A stretch of 62,590 bases of DNA, the filler included, from Asterionella formosa (Eukaryota): the NCBI GenBank assembly GCA_002256025.1. It is 6 parts of 6 records of this genome, joined end to end, with 100 filler letters (N's around TTAATTAATTAA, not from the genome) between each part and the next. Parts side by side here need not be neighbours in the genome. Positions count along the whole stretch, not along the records: positions 1 to 27,666 come from NKIB01001446.1; 5 more parts are not named here. One strand, given 5' to 3'. Shown in pieces: positions 11,342 through 23,808 of this stretch. The notes under the pieces are model-generated. The model saw nothing but the letters and a program-made list of their open reading frames with translations, had not been told where the DNA came from and did not search any database. A program made the position numbers and the translations under genes. Positions within the stretch are counted from its first letter, which is position 1; each line of letters begins with the position of its first letter.

Positions 11342-12235
11342 ATGGCTAAAACTCCAAAGGAGGGAAAGAGAGACAAAGCTAACAACGACGCACCAATTGT
11401 GCTAGGCAAGGTTGCCCGATCGATGGAGCGGGACTTTACAGTACAAATTGGCGATACATCATTTCTTCACTATTCCTCGGTTCTGGTCTTGAATTGCGAT
11501 TACTTTGACAGGATGTTCTCCCATGACATGATTGAGAAAAACGAGAAACGAGTGATTTTTGCCGATCTTGATCCTGACGACTGGAGAGAAGTTTATAAAT
11601 TCATTGATCCCGAGACCCAGGTTGCTGAAAAGCTCAATAACGAAAATGTATTCAGGTTGTTGCCATTGTTTCATCGACTCGAGATGAATGCTCGTGTGGA
11701 AGAATGTGATGCTTTCATTGCAGCAACTATCCCCAAAAGGGATTTCCTTAAGTACCGGGCATCCAACTCGTTGGAAAGAATTATGTTCGAAAAAGTGTTA
11801 GGTTTCGACTCCCCTGGAAAGCAACTCAAAGTATCAAAGAATGATCGTGACTTGATGCTTTCTTTGAAGAAGGAAAAGGTCAAATCACAAAAACACTTGA
11901 TGCATTGCACAACTATGCTGCAGCTAGGAGAACTTTACGGGTTGACAAAAACCGTTTCTGCATTCCTCTCATCAATGCTTAAGGAGATAGAATTGTTTCC
12001 AAACGAATGGACTGATACGGAATCAAAAATGGTAAAATCTGTGATGGAAAAACATTGGAGCCCTTTCTGTTCAGCTAGTATACTTCCTTTACCATGGGCC
12101 GAGAAGTCAACGGATGAGCAAAAAATTCTTATGGATTCTCCAATATTCCTAGAAATGATGAACTCCAGAGTGAATACTTTCGTGCTCAAGAGGTTGGTGA
12201 CTGGTGTTGTTTCTAAGACGGTGGCAGTTTCCTAA
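11342..12235 (+). CDS. BTB/POZ domain protein (297 aa)
   Basis: DFTVQIGDTSFLHYSSVLVLNCDYFDRMFSHDMIEKNEKRVIFADLDPDDW is a BTB signature. First in-frame ATG is at 11342. Confidence 0.85.
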   Translation: MAKTPKEGKRDKANNDAPIVLGKVARSMERDFTVQIGDTSFLHYSSVLVLNCDYFDRMFSHDMIEKNEKRVIFADLDPDDWREVYKFIDPETQVAEKLNNENVFRLLPLFHRLEMNARVEECDAFIAATIPKRDFLKYRASNSLERIMFEKVLGFDSPGKQLKVSKNDRDLMLSLKKEKVKSQKHLMHCTTMLQLGELYGLTKTVSAFLSSMLKEIELFPNEWTDTESKMVKSVMEKHWSPFCSASILPLPWAEKSTDEQKILMDSPIFLEMMNSRVNTFVLKRLVTGVVSKTVAVS

Positions 12236-12759
12236 CCGTTGCAATGGTTTTCTGTCAAGCCTTGCATTCAATCAGCACTCCAGTCCACTATCATTATACA
12301 GTTGTGTGTTTTGACGGTGTTTGTGCGCTGGTGCTGACGATTCTCGAGTTCGTGCATCACTTGGACTCACCCTCATGATGATATAATGATAAAAAATGGT
12401 GTTCTTCAGCGCCTCCTGCTGTGCTCGTAGTCAGGTGGTTCTATAAATGAAAAATGCATGTCTGCCGCATTTTACGTAAAAGTTAATTGTATAAACTTGA
12501 TTAATAGCGTATTGAACTGTTTTCTATGAGTTTACTTTGGGTTATAATATTCTAACGTATCCATCCATTCATTCATTAAGAATCACAATGAGTGAGATAT
12601 TCCTTCCCTCCCGCATTATCTGATTTATGATGCAAACGCAAAATACTCTACAAAGGCCTTGGCCAACTTGTCGAGCTTGCCTTTCATAATGTTCAACCGA
12701 ATGTCACTTCCAGGCATTTCTGGCTTTGTCTATTGCTTGTTCCCTTTACTATACTAACC

Positions 12760-12910
12760 TTGGTTATTTGTCGTGAAGTCTGACTTGGTGGCGTCAGACT
12801 TTGGACTCAAGTCCAAACTTGGGTATAAATAACTAGAGGTTATTATTTTATTCAAACCATGCGTCAGACTTCATTTTGTGTGGCAAGTCTGGACATGTTA
12901 AAATAACCAA
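12760..12910. repeat. Small MITE-like palindromic element
   Basis: Ends ttggttattt / aaataaccaa, with internal aagtctga/tcagactt and ttggact..agtccaa motifs in both orientations. Confidence 0.4.
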
Positions 12911-13362
12911 CAACCCCCATTACCACTATGTTAAAAGGTCTCGTACTCCTTCCTGTCTGACGGGTTTCATCTTAAGTAGGACTTACCTGTTGTACCACTA
13001 GTGTTGTTATCTTCGTTCTGCTGCTAGTCTTCGTGTTAGTTTTCGCTTTTGACCTTGGCCTTACTCTGTCAATTCTCACTGTTTCTTAGTAATTATAAGC
13101 TTAAACTAAAACTAAGTTTCACTCCCATTCATCACACTTCGAGAACCTGTTCTTCGTGTTCCCTTTTTTTGATCTAAGACATTAATCTCGGGACGCACCA
13201 TTTGACTCATTGGACTATGGTCGAGTCCACAGTCCTTGTGACTCATTATAGACATCGATGCTATATTCTTGACACCGCTATACCCGGTATCGGTTCTACC
13301 GGACATAGCACCTGGTTCCCCTGGTACCAGGATTCTCTGTAGGTGGTACCTGGTACCTCCAC

Positions 13363-13571
13363 CAGACAATTGTCCGGCATTGTTTGAGAAACTGGTACAC
13401 TACAGTAGGAAGTTACTGTATACCGGTACCAGGTACCTGATATAACGGTACCGGTATCTGGCTGGTCCCAGGGTACCAGGTGAATTATCTAACTAGAAGT
13501 ATTAGGAGTAGTATTTGTTGAATATATGAGCTTATTAGTTAATACTTGTGTGCAACTCGATCTCCTAGGTT
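13363..13571 (+). repeat. Dispersed repeat of about 210 bp, copy B (copy A at 3723-3931)
   Basis: Same colinear match as copy A. Confidence 0.85.
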
Positions 13572-14333
13572 TCCTCCATAGCTGTTCTGTTCATGTCATC
13601 ATGTCAGCTCGAGAATTGGACGGGAAGTGTAGATTGTGTTAGAACCTTCCTTTGGTCCACACTTCTTGTGTTGCTGCTATTGTTTTGTTCTTGGTTTTTG
13701 TGTTATCGTGGGTAAAGTTAATACTTCTTGAGATATGAAAATTTCTAGCAGCACCATTGTGCCTCATAAGGATGACTCTCAATATCAGTATATTGGTTTT
13801 CAAAACATACGTGAAGAATTTTTAGTCTTCCATTTTTCAACTGATTGCCCTGTTGTTGACACAAAAAAAAATTTGATGCCACAATATGGTAAATTCTTGG
13901 TATAACTCATTGCATGTGTAGTCTTGCAAGGGCTGTCCTATGATATGCGGGCAACCAGTGCAAACTGCCTGTAGGATTATCAAAACTTTTGACCCTCTCT
14001 GGGTGTGTTGTGCTGCATATTCGTCATCATTAATTTGTGTGGTTTCCTTTGATAGCACTAATTACAACAATAGGTTCAGTATTCTTCCCATTGTCTGTTT
14101 GACGATAGGAGAAATAATCGCACAATCGTTAGTCCATTAATGATTACTACCCATTGTAATACCAGCAGTCGTTCTTGATGATACTCTGCTCTCAATAAAT
14201 GGTTTTGGGATAAATAGAACTATATGTATATATTCTGCCTGGTGACAGTTAAAAAGCAAATCTACTTACAATTGTTAGTGGCAAGCCTCTTGACAATCAC
14301 CACTTGTTCTTTGTGTGTTGCATTTTACACTTA

Positions 14334-15742
14334 GGCCCCGTCTTACGGTGCCCGAATTACGAAGATTGAGTCGCCCGGATAACCTGTTGGGCGTTTAATC
14401 TTCGTATTTTCGTCCCTTACGGGCTAAATAACTCGCAAATCCCCCCTGATTTCGAAGATTAATCTTCGTTAATCTTCGTTTGCCCGACTATTTCGAGGGT
14501 CATCCCCGATATTGACCCAATCTTCGTATTTATTAATATTCGGGCAAACAAAGATTGTCTCCACCAATCAGAATGGCGGAAACAATATATAATCGTCATC
14601 ACATATACTGATGATATAGTATTCGATACTTCTTTTGTAGCATTACTGTCATTATTATTATATATTAAAATATAATTATCCTTACTTTGAATAATTTTTT
14701 TATGATAAAATAATTTGTAACATGACGAATCCGCCAATGCTATCATCAACCTTCCTGGCACATTATCAACAGTGTGTACAGCCATGGAAGCAACAATGGT
14801 TGTCATGGCAACTACCAGCAGCCTTGCCAGCTGCGTTGCGAAATGAGCTGGTTTCTCAGTTCCATTTGGAAGCTCAATCTGAAAGAGGGAATCAGCAATC
14901 GCCGTCCAACAGCAATTGCCATCCAACAACATCTGCTAAGCGAAAAAGAAAGAAGCGACCTCTGGTGTCAAGGGAAGAGTCATGTTGGTGGAAGAAGTTC
15001 CTAACAAACGAAAAGCGCATCTTACAATTGGACATGAGCACATGGGAAGCAAGACTCTTTCGCAACATTTTTCGTCTTCCATTTGACATATTCTTGAAAC
15101 TGTATGATATGACAATATCTAATGGTTGGTATGATCCGCACAGGAAAGATTGCACCAATCATCTGTGCAAGGACCTTGAGTTGCTCCTTTTATCTCGAAA
15201 TTTCTTCTCCTCCCTGGATGCAAACCTGTGTTGAAGCTCACAACCAGCAGCAAATATAATGGAAATCTGCGCACTTCGAAGCATGTGCACTTGAATGGGG
15301 CCGCCTATCCAATATCGAATACGGTCGCAAAAGGAATGCTCCTGCTCCTCAGTTGAGTATTCTGTTGGTCCTTCAGTCGCTATTGTGATAATAGAGAGAT
15401 GCTGGTGGTGGGAGCAGAGGAGATAGGAGATAGGACGATGTGAAGGCCAATCACCTTAAAACAACAACAGCAACGATGATGATGGAGCATTGAGTGTTGA
15501 CAATTTTCATTATAATTAATTACTGTAATATTCCTGCGGACGAGACTCCTAATTTTCATGTAGGAAATAGATTTCAATACTCGAGATCGGTCATTTGACG
15601 TATGGATTGACAATACTATTTAATCTTTGGGACAGTAAGGTGGCCATAAAATTTCCCGAATGCCGGTACGAAGATCGAAGATTTTGCCGCGATAGCTTCG
15701 CAATATTCGATCTTCTTATTTCGTGCACCGTAAGTTTTAGCC
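14334..15742 (+). mobile_element. Internally deleted PIF/Harbinger transposon with a transposase N-terminal remnant
   Basis: TTA|GGCCCCGTCTTACGGTGCCCGAATTACGAAGAT ... ATCTTCTTATTTCGTGCACCGTAAGTTTTAGCC|TTA, a perfect TTA duplication. Subterminal CGAAGAT/ATCTTCG motifs recur. ORF 14722-15234 has WWKKFL..RLFRNIFRLPFDIFLKL..LELLLL, typical of the Harbinger/plant-transposon N-terminus. Confidence 0.88.
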
Positions 15743-17307
15743 TTACATCCTACCATGTGTTGCTGCATCTTTGTTCTGCTCTGTTGCACTTGCAATATAC
15801 GGTACTACGGTAGACTACCAGTAACTACTCTACCGTAGATGCAATGGTATGTAGGAGTAATCTACAGGCGGTACTACTTGGTACCTGGTACCAGGTAGCA
15901 GTACCGGCGTACGAATGAGGCAGAATGGTACCATTTACCAGTACCTGGTTGGTTACCCAACACCAGTATCATTGAACCTGGCACGTACCACAAGGTACCC
16001 GGGTTTTTCACGAAGAAGCATGTTACTGGTACATTTCTAAACGAGATTATCTTTGCCTCTACTTCTACAAGCTAGCTGACACAAATCAGCTGTCAAGCAA
16101 CGAAGTTGCACACGTATCTCTTCTCCCACATACACTAATTAACGTAGAGACTACTTGGCATGATTGTCATTGGGTATAGGATGAAGTTTGGGAACCATCA
16201 TACGTCACCTAATGTCAACTATAGAAAGCATTTTATCCAATAGTAACTCGTGGGATGTGCCAACCTGCAGGCACAATTTGTTTTCTCGATTGTTATGTGA
16301 TATAAATAAATATTGTAAAGCTCCATTGATGTGCTGTTGAAGGAAACTATCAAAGTTCATCACCACACAATTCTCGGATGATCAACATTAGGTGCCGTGA
16401 TTCATATCATCCTTCCTGCTTCGGTATCGTCGCAAGTGCTCCGAAAGCAAGTGCATTGTGATCACATCGAGATCTTTATCATAGTGATAGTCGAAAGGGC
16501 TATTGCGATTCGTTCTTGTAGCAATCAAATTCTTGTTCAAGTTCGTCGCGATCGCTTGAGTTGAACAGCGGAGACTTGCCATTTTGCCTCGAGAATTCCG
16601 CAATGTTCTTCCATTCCTCTCTCAAAGTCACTACGATGCTCAGTGACGGCCTTCTTCACGACTTTGGCCCTTCATCCATGGTCGTGTCAGCGGTGAATGG
16701 AACAAATGCTGCCTCCTTGGCAGTCCGCGATCAGCTATATCAACATACTGGGGTGACGACATCTCAGATTCCTGTTTGTAAAGATTCCCACCACGGTAAG
16801 AAGACTACCAGTATCTTTGTTTGGATGATCTACCCGGAGCATCTTGTCACACGCTTGGATTTAATCGTATGAATCGTATTTTTTTCATCACCTTCGCCTG
16901 GTATCTAGTACTGGTAGCAAGTACCAAGCTGGTGACTCCGGTCCACAGACTTTGTTCGAATCCTTTGAATCGGATTGTCCTGTCACCACCCTTTAGCCGG
17001 GTACCAAGTTCGTTGACTGTCGTCAGTACTGCAGCAAGCTGAGTCAGAGGAAAGGGCAATAAGACATTGCGTCACTGGTCGTTTTCGAATAGTTCCAACC
17101 ACTGGTTTTTTTTTTCTCAGATCAACTGGTTCTTGCCCTAACTTCCAACTTCAATATTTCGCAGCACGTCTGAATCTATTGGATCGCAAAGGTTCGCAAG
17201 CCTCTACACCAGATTCAGTACCAAGTCTACAATCCCAAAATTCCTTGGCGATTTTGCGTTCGGATTCCTCTCAACCTACACAAAATAGGGCAAGTGAATC
17301 ACAATCA

Positions 17308-17688
17308 ATGATTGAGACTCAAACTTCCGGAAGCGATCCGTTGTACAACCTCATGGTTCATAGTCAAGAGCTGCAACCAACTTCTTCGGCTCAAGCGCTC
17401 CGCGCTAAGCCTATTGCTATCAAGCGAAGCCGTCCGGATGATGATGTTTTCGAAGACAATTCAACGGAACGAATGTACGACTATGCAACATGGCGAATGT
17501 ACCATCGAATCACTTCGGCCCGTCGTCCTCAATCATTTGCTCCGCATCGAAGTTATTGCACTGAAGCCAGTGGAAATACATCGCCTCTTGGAGTATCACT
17601 GGAGCATGAACCTCCCACTACTAGACGCATCAAGTCGCTCAGTGGTGAATTATCTTTGGATGGTGAAGTCTTTGTCCTGGATATTTAA
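17308..17688 (+). CDS. Small (about 126 aa) mostly disordered protein with a YDxATWRMYxRI core and C-terminal FVLDI
   Basis: Uninterrupted ORF in gene-like sequence. First ATG is at 17308 (17353 is an alternative). The helical-looking motif ERMYDYATWRMYHRI is one I associate with diatom proteins. Confidence 0.7.
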   Translation: MIETQTSGSDPLYNLMVHSQELQPTSSAQALRAKPIAIKRSRPDDDVFEDNSTERMYDYATWRMYHRITSARRPQSFAPHRSYCTEASGNTSPLGVSLEHEPPTTRRIKSLSGELSLDGEVFVLDI

Positions 17689-18621
17689 ACTTGCTACACC
17701 ATGTTGTTCCCCTTTTTCCTGTACAAATCACAGGGAGCAGTTGCTGACTATAATGAAAATCGTACACACAGGTGCACGTATGGCTCGCTATCTTTCGTGG
17801 CTTTTGTCATTTGAAAGACCAAATTAATTGTTGAGTTGCAAGGAATCCATCCATTCGGCTATATTCTAAATGGACAATCATTCTAGAACAACTCTGTAAC
17901 AAAATGTAAACACATTCCTATCTAATTTGACTGAAGGACATTTATTGCCCATGACTTTTCCAGTTTCATTTCGCCACAGCCTATGCAGGAGATGATCCAA
18001 CTGCCGGTGAATTTCCAGCAAAAGAAATTTCGACGCATGTTTGTTGTGCGTTTTCGGCTTCATCGTCGAAGGTGGGCCGTTGCATCACTTGGTTTTCTCA
18101 TCGTATAACGTTACGGATACTACCGGTACACACAATTCACACGACTACCCCGGTCATACCTGCATTTTGTATTGCTAATCAAGTCACCACACTTCACTCA
18201 TGCGTGGCACTTGGTATATTTGAAACACTCGCGTGGCGAGCGGTCAATACGCACGCCCATTCTTCGAAATGCTGTCAGATATCCTCCTCTACGACCTGTA
18301 CTGTATGCAGAATAGACTACCAGTTCGGTACGCACGATACAAGACGGTATTTGTTACCGTACTCCTTTTGTCTAGCCGTACGTAGTCTAGTCGGTATGCA
18401 TCATTCAGGAGTGATACAAAATCCTTGGTGCTTCCTCCTCTGCCTTTTGCGGTTCGCTCACATCATTCTACATACTGGCATGAGTATTAATTACAGGTAG
18501 CCCAGCTCGTCTGCGCCTCGCCCTCCTGATACTTTGTGCTTTAAAATTACATCAAAAAGAAGCACCCTCCAAAATAAGTCGCTACCGATAGTACTGCTAC
18601 GCACCGGTATCCGTTTTCAGC

Positions 18622-19473
18622 ATGAAGGTCGTTGTGGTGCTGTGGTCTTCACTGTTATTGGCAGGACAGCAGGGAGTTGCGGCATTGTCGGTGCATCGCC
18701 AGGAAATCTTGTCCCAGCTCCCTCCTGATCGATTTCGGCCGTCATGTCCTGCCGACCTGTCCATGATTCAACACTTTGATCCATCCTTGGCTGAGGCGTC
18801 GGGGACTGACTGTGTTTGGGTTGCCATCTTTCGCTCGTCCAACAACAAGCCATCGGTCCGAGACGAATTCTTTACGGCCATGCAATGGGCGACTGATGAC
18901 AACGTCGACAGTGGCATTGAACGCAACTACGTCATGTCCAACTCGGACGAAACCCCAGTGGCAGTTGCCAGATTAACGCCCTCCAAGGTATTCGATGGAT
19001 GCTACGTGTTGGACAACATGAGATGTTTATTGAAGAAAGAAAACACTGATGTCACCTGCGATGGAGGCTCGGAACACACAGAAGCTCTTTGTGTGGCGAT
19101 TGACTCATTATTGATTCAATACCTCAAGCAGAATACGCAACGCTTTCATACGTCGATTAGAACCAAATCGACCTTGGTCAGTGGAGCCTTGTTGGAAGAA
19201 CGTGGGTTTATTCCCGTCGATGGATTGCATCCTGATATGGCTACGCATGTCAGTTCATTGGATGCTTGTATGACAAGGTATGCAACTCGAGCCGTATCGA
19301 CAACCTCAACAACAGCTACTCTTACGCATGGGGCCAGAGAACGTGCCTTGCAAATTATTTCCTTATTGGCCAAAGTTGACCGTCATGAAGACTTGACTGC
19401 GTCTAATGTACAAGCACAAAATAATGCGGACGACGACTATGATCCATGGGCGAAAATGAAGTCGTTCTTTTGA
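18622..19473 (+). CDS. Uncharacterised secretory or plastid-targeted protein (283 aa)
   Basis: Clean ORF with signal peptide MKVVVVLWSSLLLAGQQGVAA-L. The central region VAVARL..LLEERGF is weakly GNAT-like. Confidence 0.8.
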   Translation: MKVVVVLWSSLLLAGQQGVAALSVHRQEILSQLPPDRFRPSCPADLSMIQHFDPSLAEASGTDCVWVAIFRSSNNKPSVRDEFFTAMQWATDDNVDSGIERNYVMSNSDETPVAVARLTPSKVFDGCYVLDNMRCLLKKENTDVTCDGGSEHTEALCVAIDSLLIQYLKQNTQRFHTSIRTKSTLVSGALLEERGFIPVDGLHPDMATHVSSLDACMTRYATRAVSTTSTTATLTHGARERALQIISLLAKVDRHEDLTASNVQAQNNADDDYDPWAKMKSFF

Positions 19474-19715
19474 TTGCTTTGAAGAGAATACTCTTGGAAG
19501 CAGTAAGGATTAATACTGGTACACTCTTGTTTACATAAATAGGAATTGATTTTTGACAATTTAAAAAACAATATTGTGGATCATTTCAGGCTTTTAATTA
19601 ATGATAGTAGAAGGCAGCTAGTCCACAATACCGAAATTAGCAACATTAACAAGAAAACTCTATAAAGATAAAAGTCATCATTGCATCCCGTTCATATAGA
19701 TATATAGATATTTCT

Positions 19716-22397
19716 CTAAGTCCCATAAACCTTTCGTTCCAATGCTGCTGGAAAGTTACGAACCACATTCAACCATGGTTGTTCCACAACCAACATTTCA
19801 TTGGCATCAATAAAGTCAATAAATAACATTCCATTGTAACGGAGACAAATGGTACAGTTGGTATTCAATTGGGCTGCTGATGGTGGTTCTTGATCCTGTC
19901 CTTCTGAACGTTGCTTTCGTTTACGTTTTCCTCGAACGTGTTCAGGTGGAAACACTCGTGCTTGTTCTGGCAAAGGTTGACTTAAATCCACAGCACAAAA
20001 TGATCCAAACGTGGCCTTTCAAAAAAAACCCATTTAGAATAGAAAATGGGGGGTTAGTATATGTTGCCTTGAACTATACCACCCAAAACGTTTGAACATG
20101 TTTTGGACGGGCGAAATAAGACATTTTTGTAAATATTCTATGGCAAAGGGGTTTGTGCAAAAATGCCACGGTCGAAAAATTGGCGCCAACAGCATATATC
20201 CCTCTGCCATGTTACTGAAACCAAAAAAAACAACATTGTTGTAACTTACCAGTAAAAACTTGTTTGGAGTGGCTGGATTCGTTACACATCGAAGTGCGGC
20301 ATCATTCTGGTGTGTCAATTCATAAGGAAGTTTGGGTGTTAATGGGAAACCTTGTTGTTCACTCCATTCGCCAAGACTTTTGGTAATGACATTAAAGACA
20401 TAAAAGCTAAAGTTACTGCAAGCGGCAACAATTTCTGGATCTTCACCTTCCAGAAATCTCACTGAAGAAATGGGTGCTTCGAGAGCAGGCAATGACCACC
20501 AGTGACCGTAGGACCCGTCGTTTCCAAGAGGCAACGTGAAGATATGCACACACTCATTTCCTAAGCCACTTCTAGTAGCTGCAAACCATTTTCCATCACC
20601 TCGAACACAAATGGAGTGGATAGGGAACACACTATCGGTAATGTGTTCATCAAAGACATGGGCTTCGGTTACCATATGAATTCCAATGTCAGGGTTGTTG
20701 TTGTTGTCGTCCTTGGGTTCGTGTACGCCAATTTGTAAAACGCGAATGGGACCATCACTTGTGGCACAAATAAGTTGTTCGTTCGAAGCAAACTTGAGTG
20801 CCAAACACGGAGAACGAAGCGATGTATCCAATGCCACCTTCTGGGGCATGAAACTGGCATTTTTGTTTGTTTCGTTGGGAAATTGCAGTTCAAAAATCAT
20901 GAGTGAAGCTCCATCACTCACGGCCAACACTTTACCATTTGGTGAAATATCGGCACAAACAAGGTTGTAACGGCTTTTAATGTCTATGGTGCCCAGCAAT
21001 GTTTCATTTCCTGGTAACAGAATCCGCCGTCCTTGGAGTTGTTGTTGAGCTGCTATTTGATGCAATTCAACCGTGTCTTCGCGAAGCATACATAACAGAC
21101 GAGCTTCTTTCGCCAATGTTATTGGTGAAATGGTTGGCCAGGGATACCAGCTTTTGGGCCGAGCTCGTTTAAAGTCACTGACAAGGTAGGTACAAATCTT
21201 GGTATCCATCCCACCGGAGCAAAGAATTTCCTGTTGCTCCTTGTCAGGATTCAAAGCTGCCTTTCTATCCACCAAACGACAAATCGTCAACGCATTGACA
21301 TCATGTGTATGCGGTCTCCGTGCTTGTGTCAAGATCCATGGACGTGGACCATGTTCGAATGATTTCAAAGCCCGTTCTATAGAAATGACTCTCGAATCGA
21401 CTCCACTGGCATATACTTTTGTTTCATCGTGTGTAGCGACCAAAGCCAAAACATCAGCTTTGTGATCATTCTGATCAAAGGTTTGAAGCATGGTGCCAGA
21501 TGGACCATCCCAAAATTGCACATGTCCCAAGGAATCTCCACTCACTACTGTCCCATCTGACAACGCTACCAATGCCCAAACTTTTGTTGGTGTACGACGA
21601 CCCTGAGATTCCACCGTCATTCGTAACGACGATTTCCATACTAGCATGGCTCGTTGATCACTTGAGATACGAGACGCTGTTGTTGACTCCCACCGACGAA
21701 TGGTGCCATCCGCCACTCCCGCATACAAGACTGTATGACTATCAGTCGTCCCCTGGCGATTCCATGCCAAGGACAAAATGGGTGACCCAGCACAAGGAAT
21801 AGTGCTCAACAGTTCGAAAGTGTACGTGTTCTTCTTGTTGTTCTTGTTGAGTTGAAACACTCGAATGGACCCATCTTCACATCCAGCTGCCACGACGGGG
21901 AAACACCTGCCCTGTCCACCACAACATGATGCACCAGTTGCACATAGACTCACCAAAGAAAGGATAGCACCTCCACCGGATTCAGTGACAGCTGCATGTG
22001 TTCCATGAGTAAAATCAATAACAAACAATGTCCCATCACGGGAGGCTCCAATCAGAGTACGTTGAGCATGAATGTTGGTATGACTTTGATGGAATGTTGA
22101 CGAGAAGGATGTCGTCGTAGGGTGCGATTCAGTGCCAGTGCTCGGCGATGCTTGGCCACAGATCCATGCCATGACAGTCACAACACGACATGGCATACCA
22201 GGGACCATGGCCACGGTCCTCCACTTTTCATCAGGACTAAATAAAGAGACAACTCCATTGTCGCGAGAGACTGCGACGTAATCACATGCTACTGCTGCGT
22301 TGCTGGTCTTGCTATGACTCGTTGGGGTAGAGGCCATGGCCACTATGGATTTGGGACGATAGTCCAAGTGCCGCATTCGTTGGACCAACACGTCCAT
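19716..22397 (-). CDS. UTP4: U3 snoRNA-associated protein 4 (UTP4/cirhin), WD40 protein; two exons (22397-20250, 20015-19716)
   Basis: Motifs VQRMRHLDYRPKSI, TKVWALVALSDGTVVSGDSLGHVQFWD, HKADVLAL, HTHDVNAL and the C-terminal LVVEQPWLNV..FPAALERKVYGT. A phase-0 GT..AG intron at 20016-20249 joins KFLL|ATFGSFCAVDL. Confidence 0.92.
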
Positions 22398-22989
22398 GAT
22401 AATAGCAGTGTTGGGGGAGGGACAAACCTTGTCATCAACAAGAAAAAGGTGAGCTAAACAAACTATTTAGGAAAATATTGATTCTTTTGCTTCTATTTTT
22501 TCGATTTTACTGTTACTCTTACTATTGCGGCATGATGGTCTGATTGCCGTTGTAAATACTGTAAATATATACCGGTACCAATAATCTGGTGGCTACACTG
22601 GTCTGGTCTGTACTGCGCTTGCTTGGACGTACTCACCAGCCAGACACTAGAACACCCCCTCAACACCCCCACCCCAACCATGAGGTGATTCTTATCTTGA
22701 TTGATGCTATTATATTGCCTGGAATACCATGACTTTAGATCACTCATAATACTATTCAAGTAGTAGGACATCTACTTTGAAAAAGGAGTAGTCTACAATG
22801 ACGACATGACAGTAAATGATAGTACTAATATCAATGCTAGTATTGTTAATAGTATTGAATTATTGTCTACAAATGCAACTACTGCACTTGTGGTTAATAG
22901 CATGATCAACAATGCATTGTCCAGTTGGCTAAAGAGTTCATGAGCGTTAGAGGAGAATTACTGGAGAAGAACAAGAAAGTAAGTAAGTT

Positions 22990-23600
22990 AACACTTGTTG
23001 CCTGCTGCATAAATTGGGGGAAAGCAGGAGGTGCTTGGCTGGTATTCCTCCTGGAGTTGAAATAAACATAGAGACAATGAGATCTTGGGCAAAATGTAAA
23101 ATACCCCATGAAAGAAACTAAGCCTCCATGTCACCAATGCTCAAGGTTCAGTCATAAATTTTTGTGCTCTTTGACCAACTCTCTAAAATGCAAATCCCAA
23201 TTACATGTTGGCAGGAGGGAATGGAACTTGCTAACTCACTTGTGACTAGTAGTAAACCCATCATGGAACATATTGTGTGGTAGATGCAGAAAAACTGCAT
23301 TTTCATTCAGAGGGGATCCAACATTGTCTAAACCACTGGAATCAGGGTAGTGGAGGGGATACATGTGTTGCAATTGGCTTCAAGGTAAAGAAAGGTGTCA
23401 AATTTGATGGGAAGAAGCATGTGGACTGGTGTACATCACTGAAATTTGAGCAGATTTATAGAGATATCTACAAAAAATGTTCAAGATGGGTACTGTGGAA
23501 AAGCTGGATGAAGAAATATGGTTGAATAAATCAGGAGGTGTTGCCATCTGCAAATAGAAACCATTGGACAACTGATCAGCCTTTTAAGTAGCATCAACCT
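22990..23600 (+). pseudogene. Highly decayed transposase-like remnant (possibly pogo/Tc1-like)
   Basis: Stop-interrupted coding-like sequence (GMELANSLV.., GVKFDGKKHVDWCTSLKFEQIYRDIY). The family call is uncertain. Confidence 0.25.
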
Positions 23601-23808
23601 GTTAGTGCGTGATGCTCCTACAACGACTTTGTCCAACAGAAGAAAATGGAGACCCTAAAATAAGAGAGTAGGATGAAGAAAATTAAGTAATTACATTTCC
23701 TTTTGTTAACATTCATTCGAAAAGGGTGAGACTCTTCCAATGATGGTGGGAAATGGACAGTCATAAAAAAAATAGCGGGTGACACTTCTATAAATACTTT
23801 CACAATCC

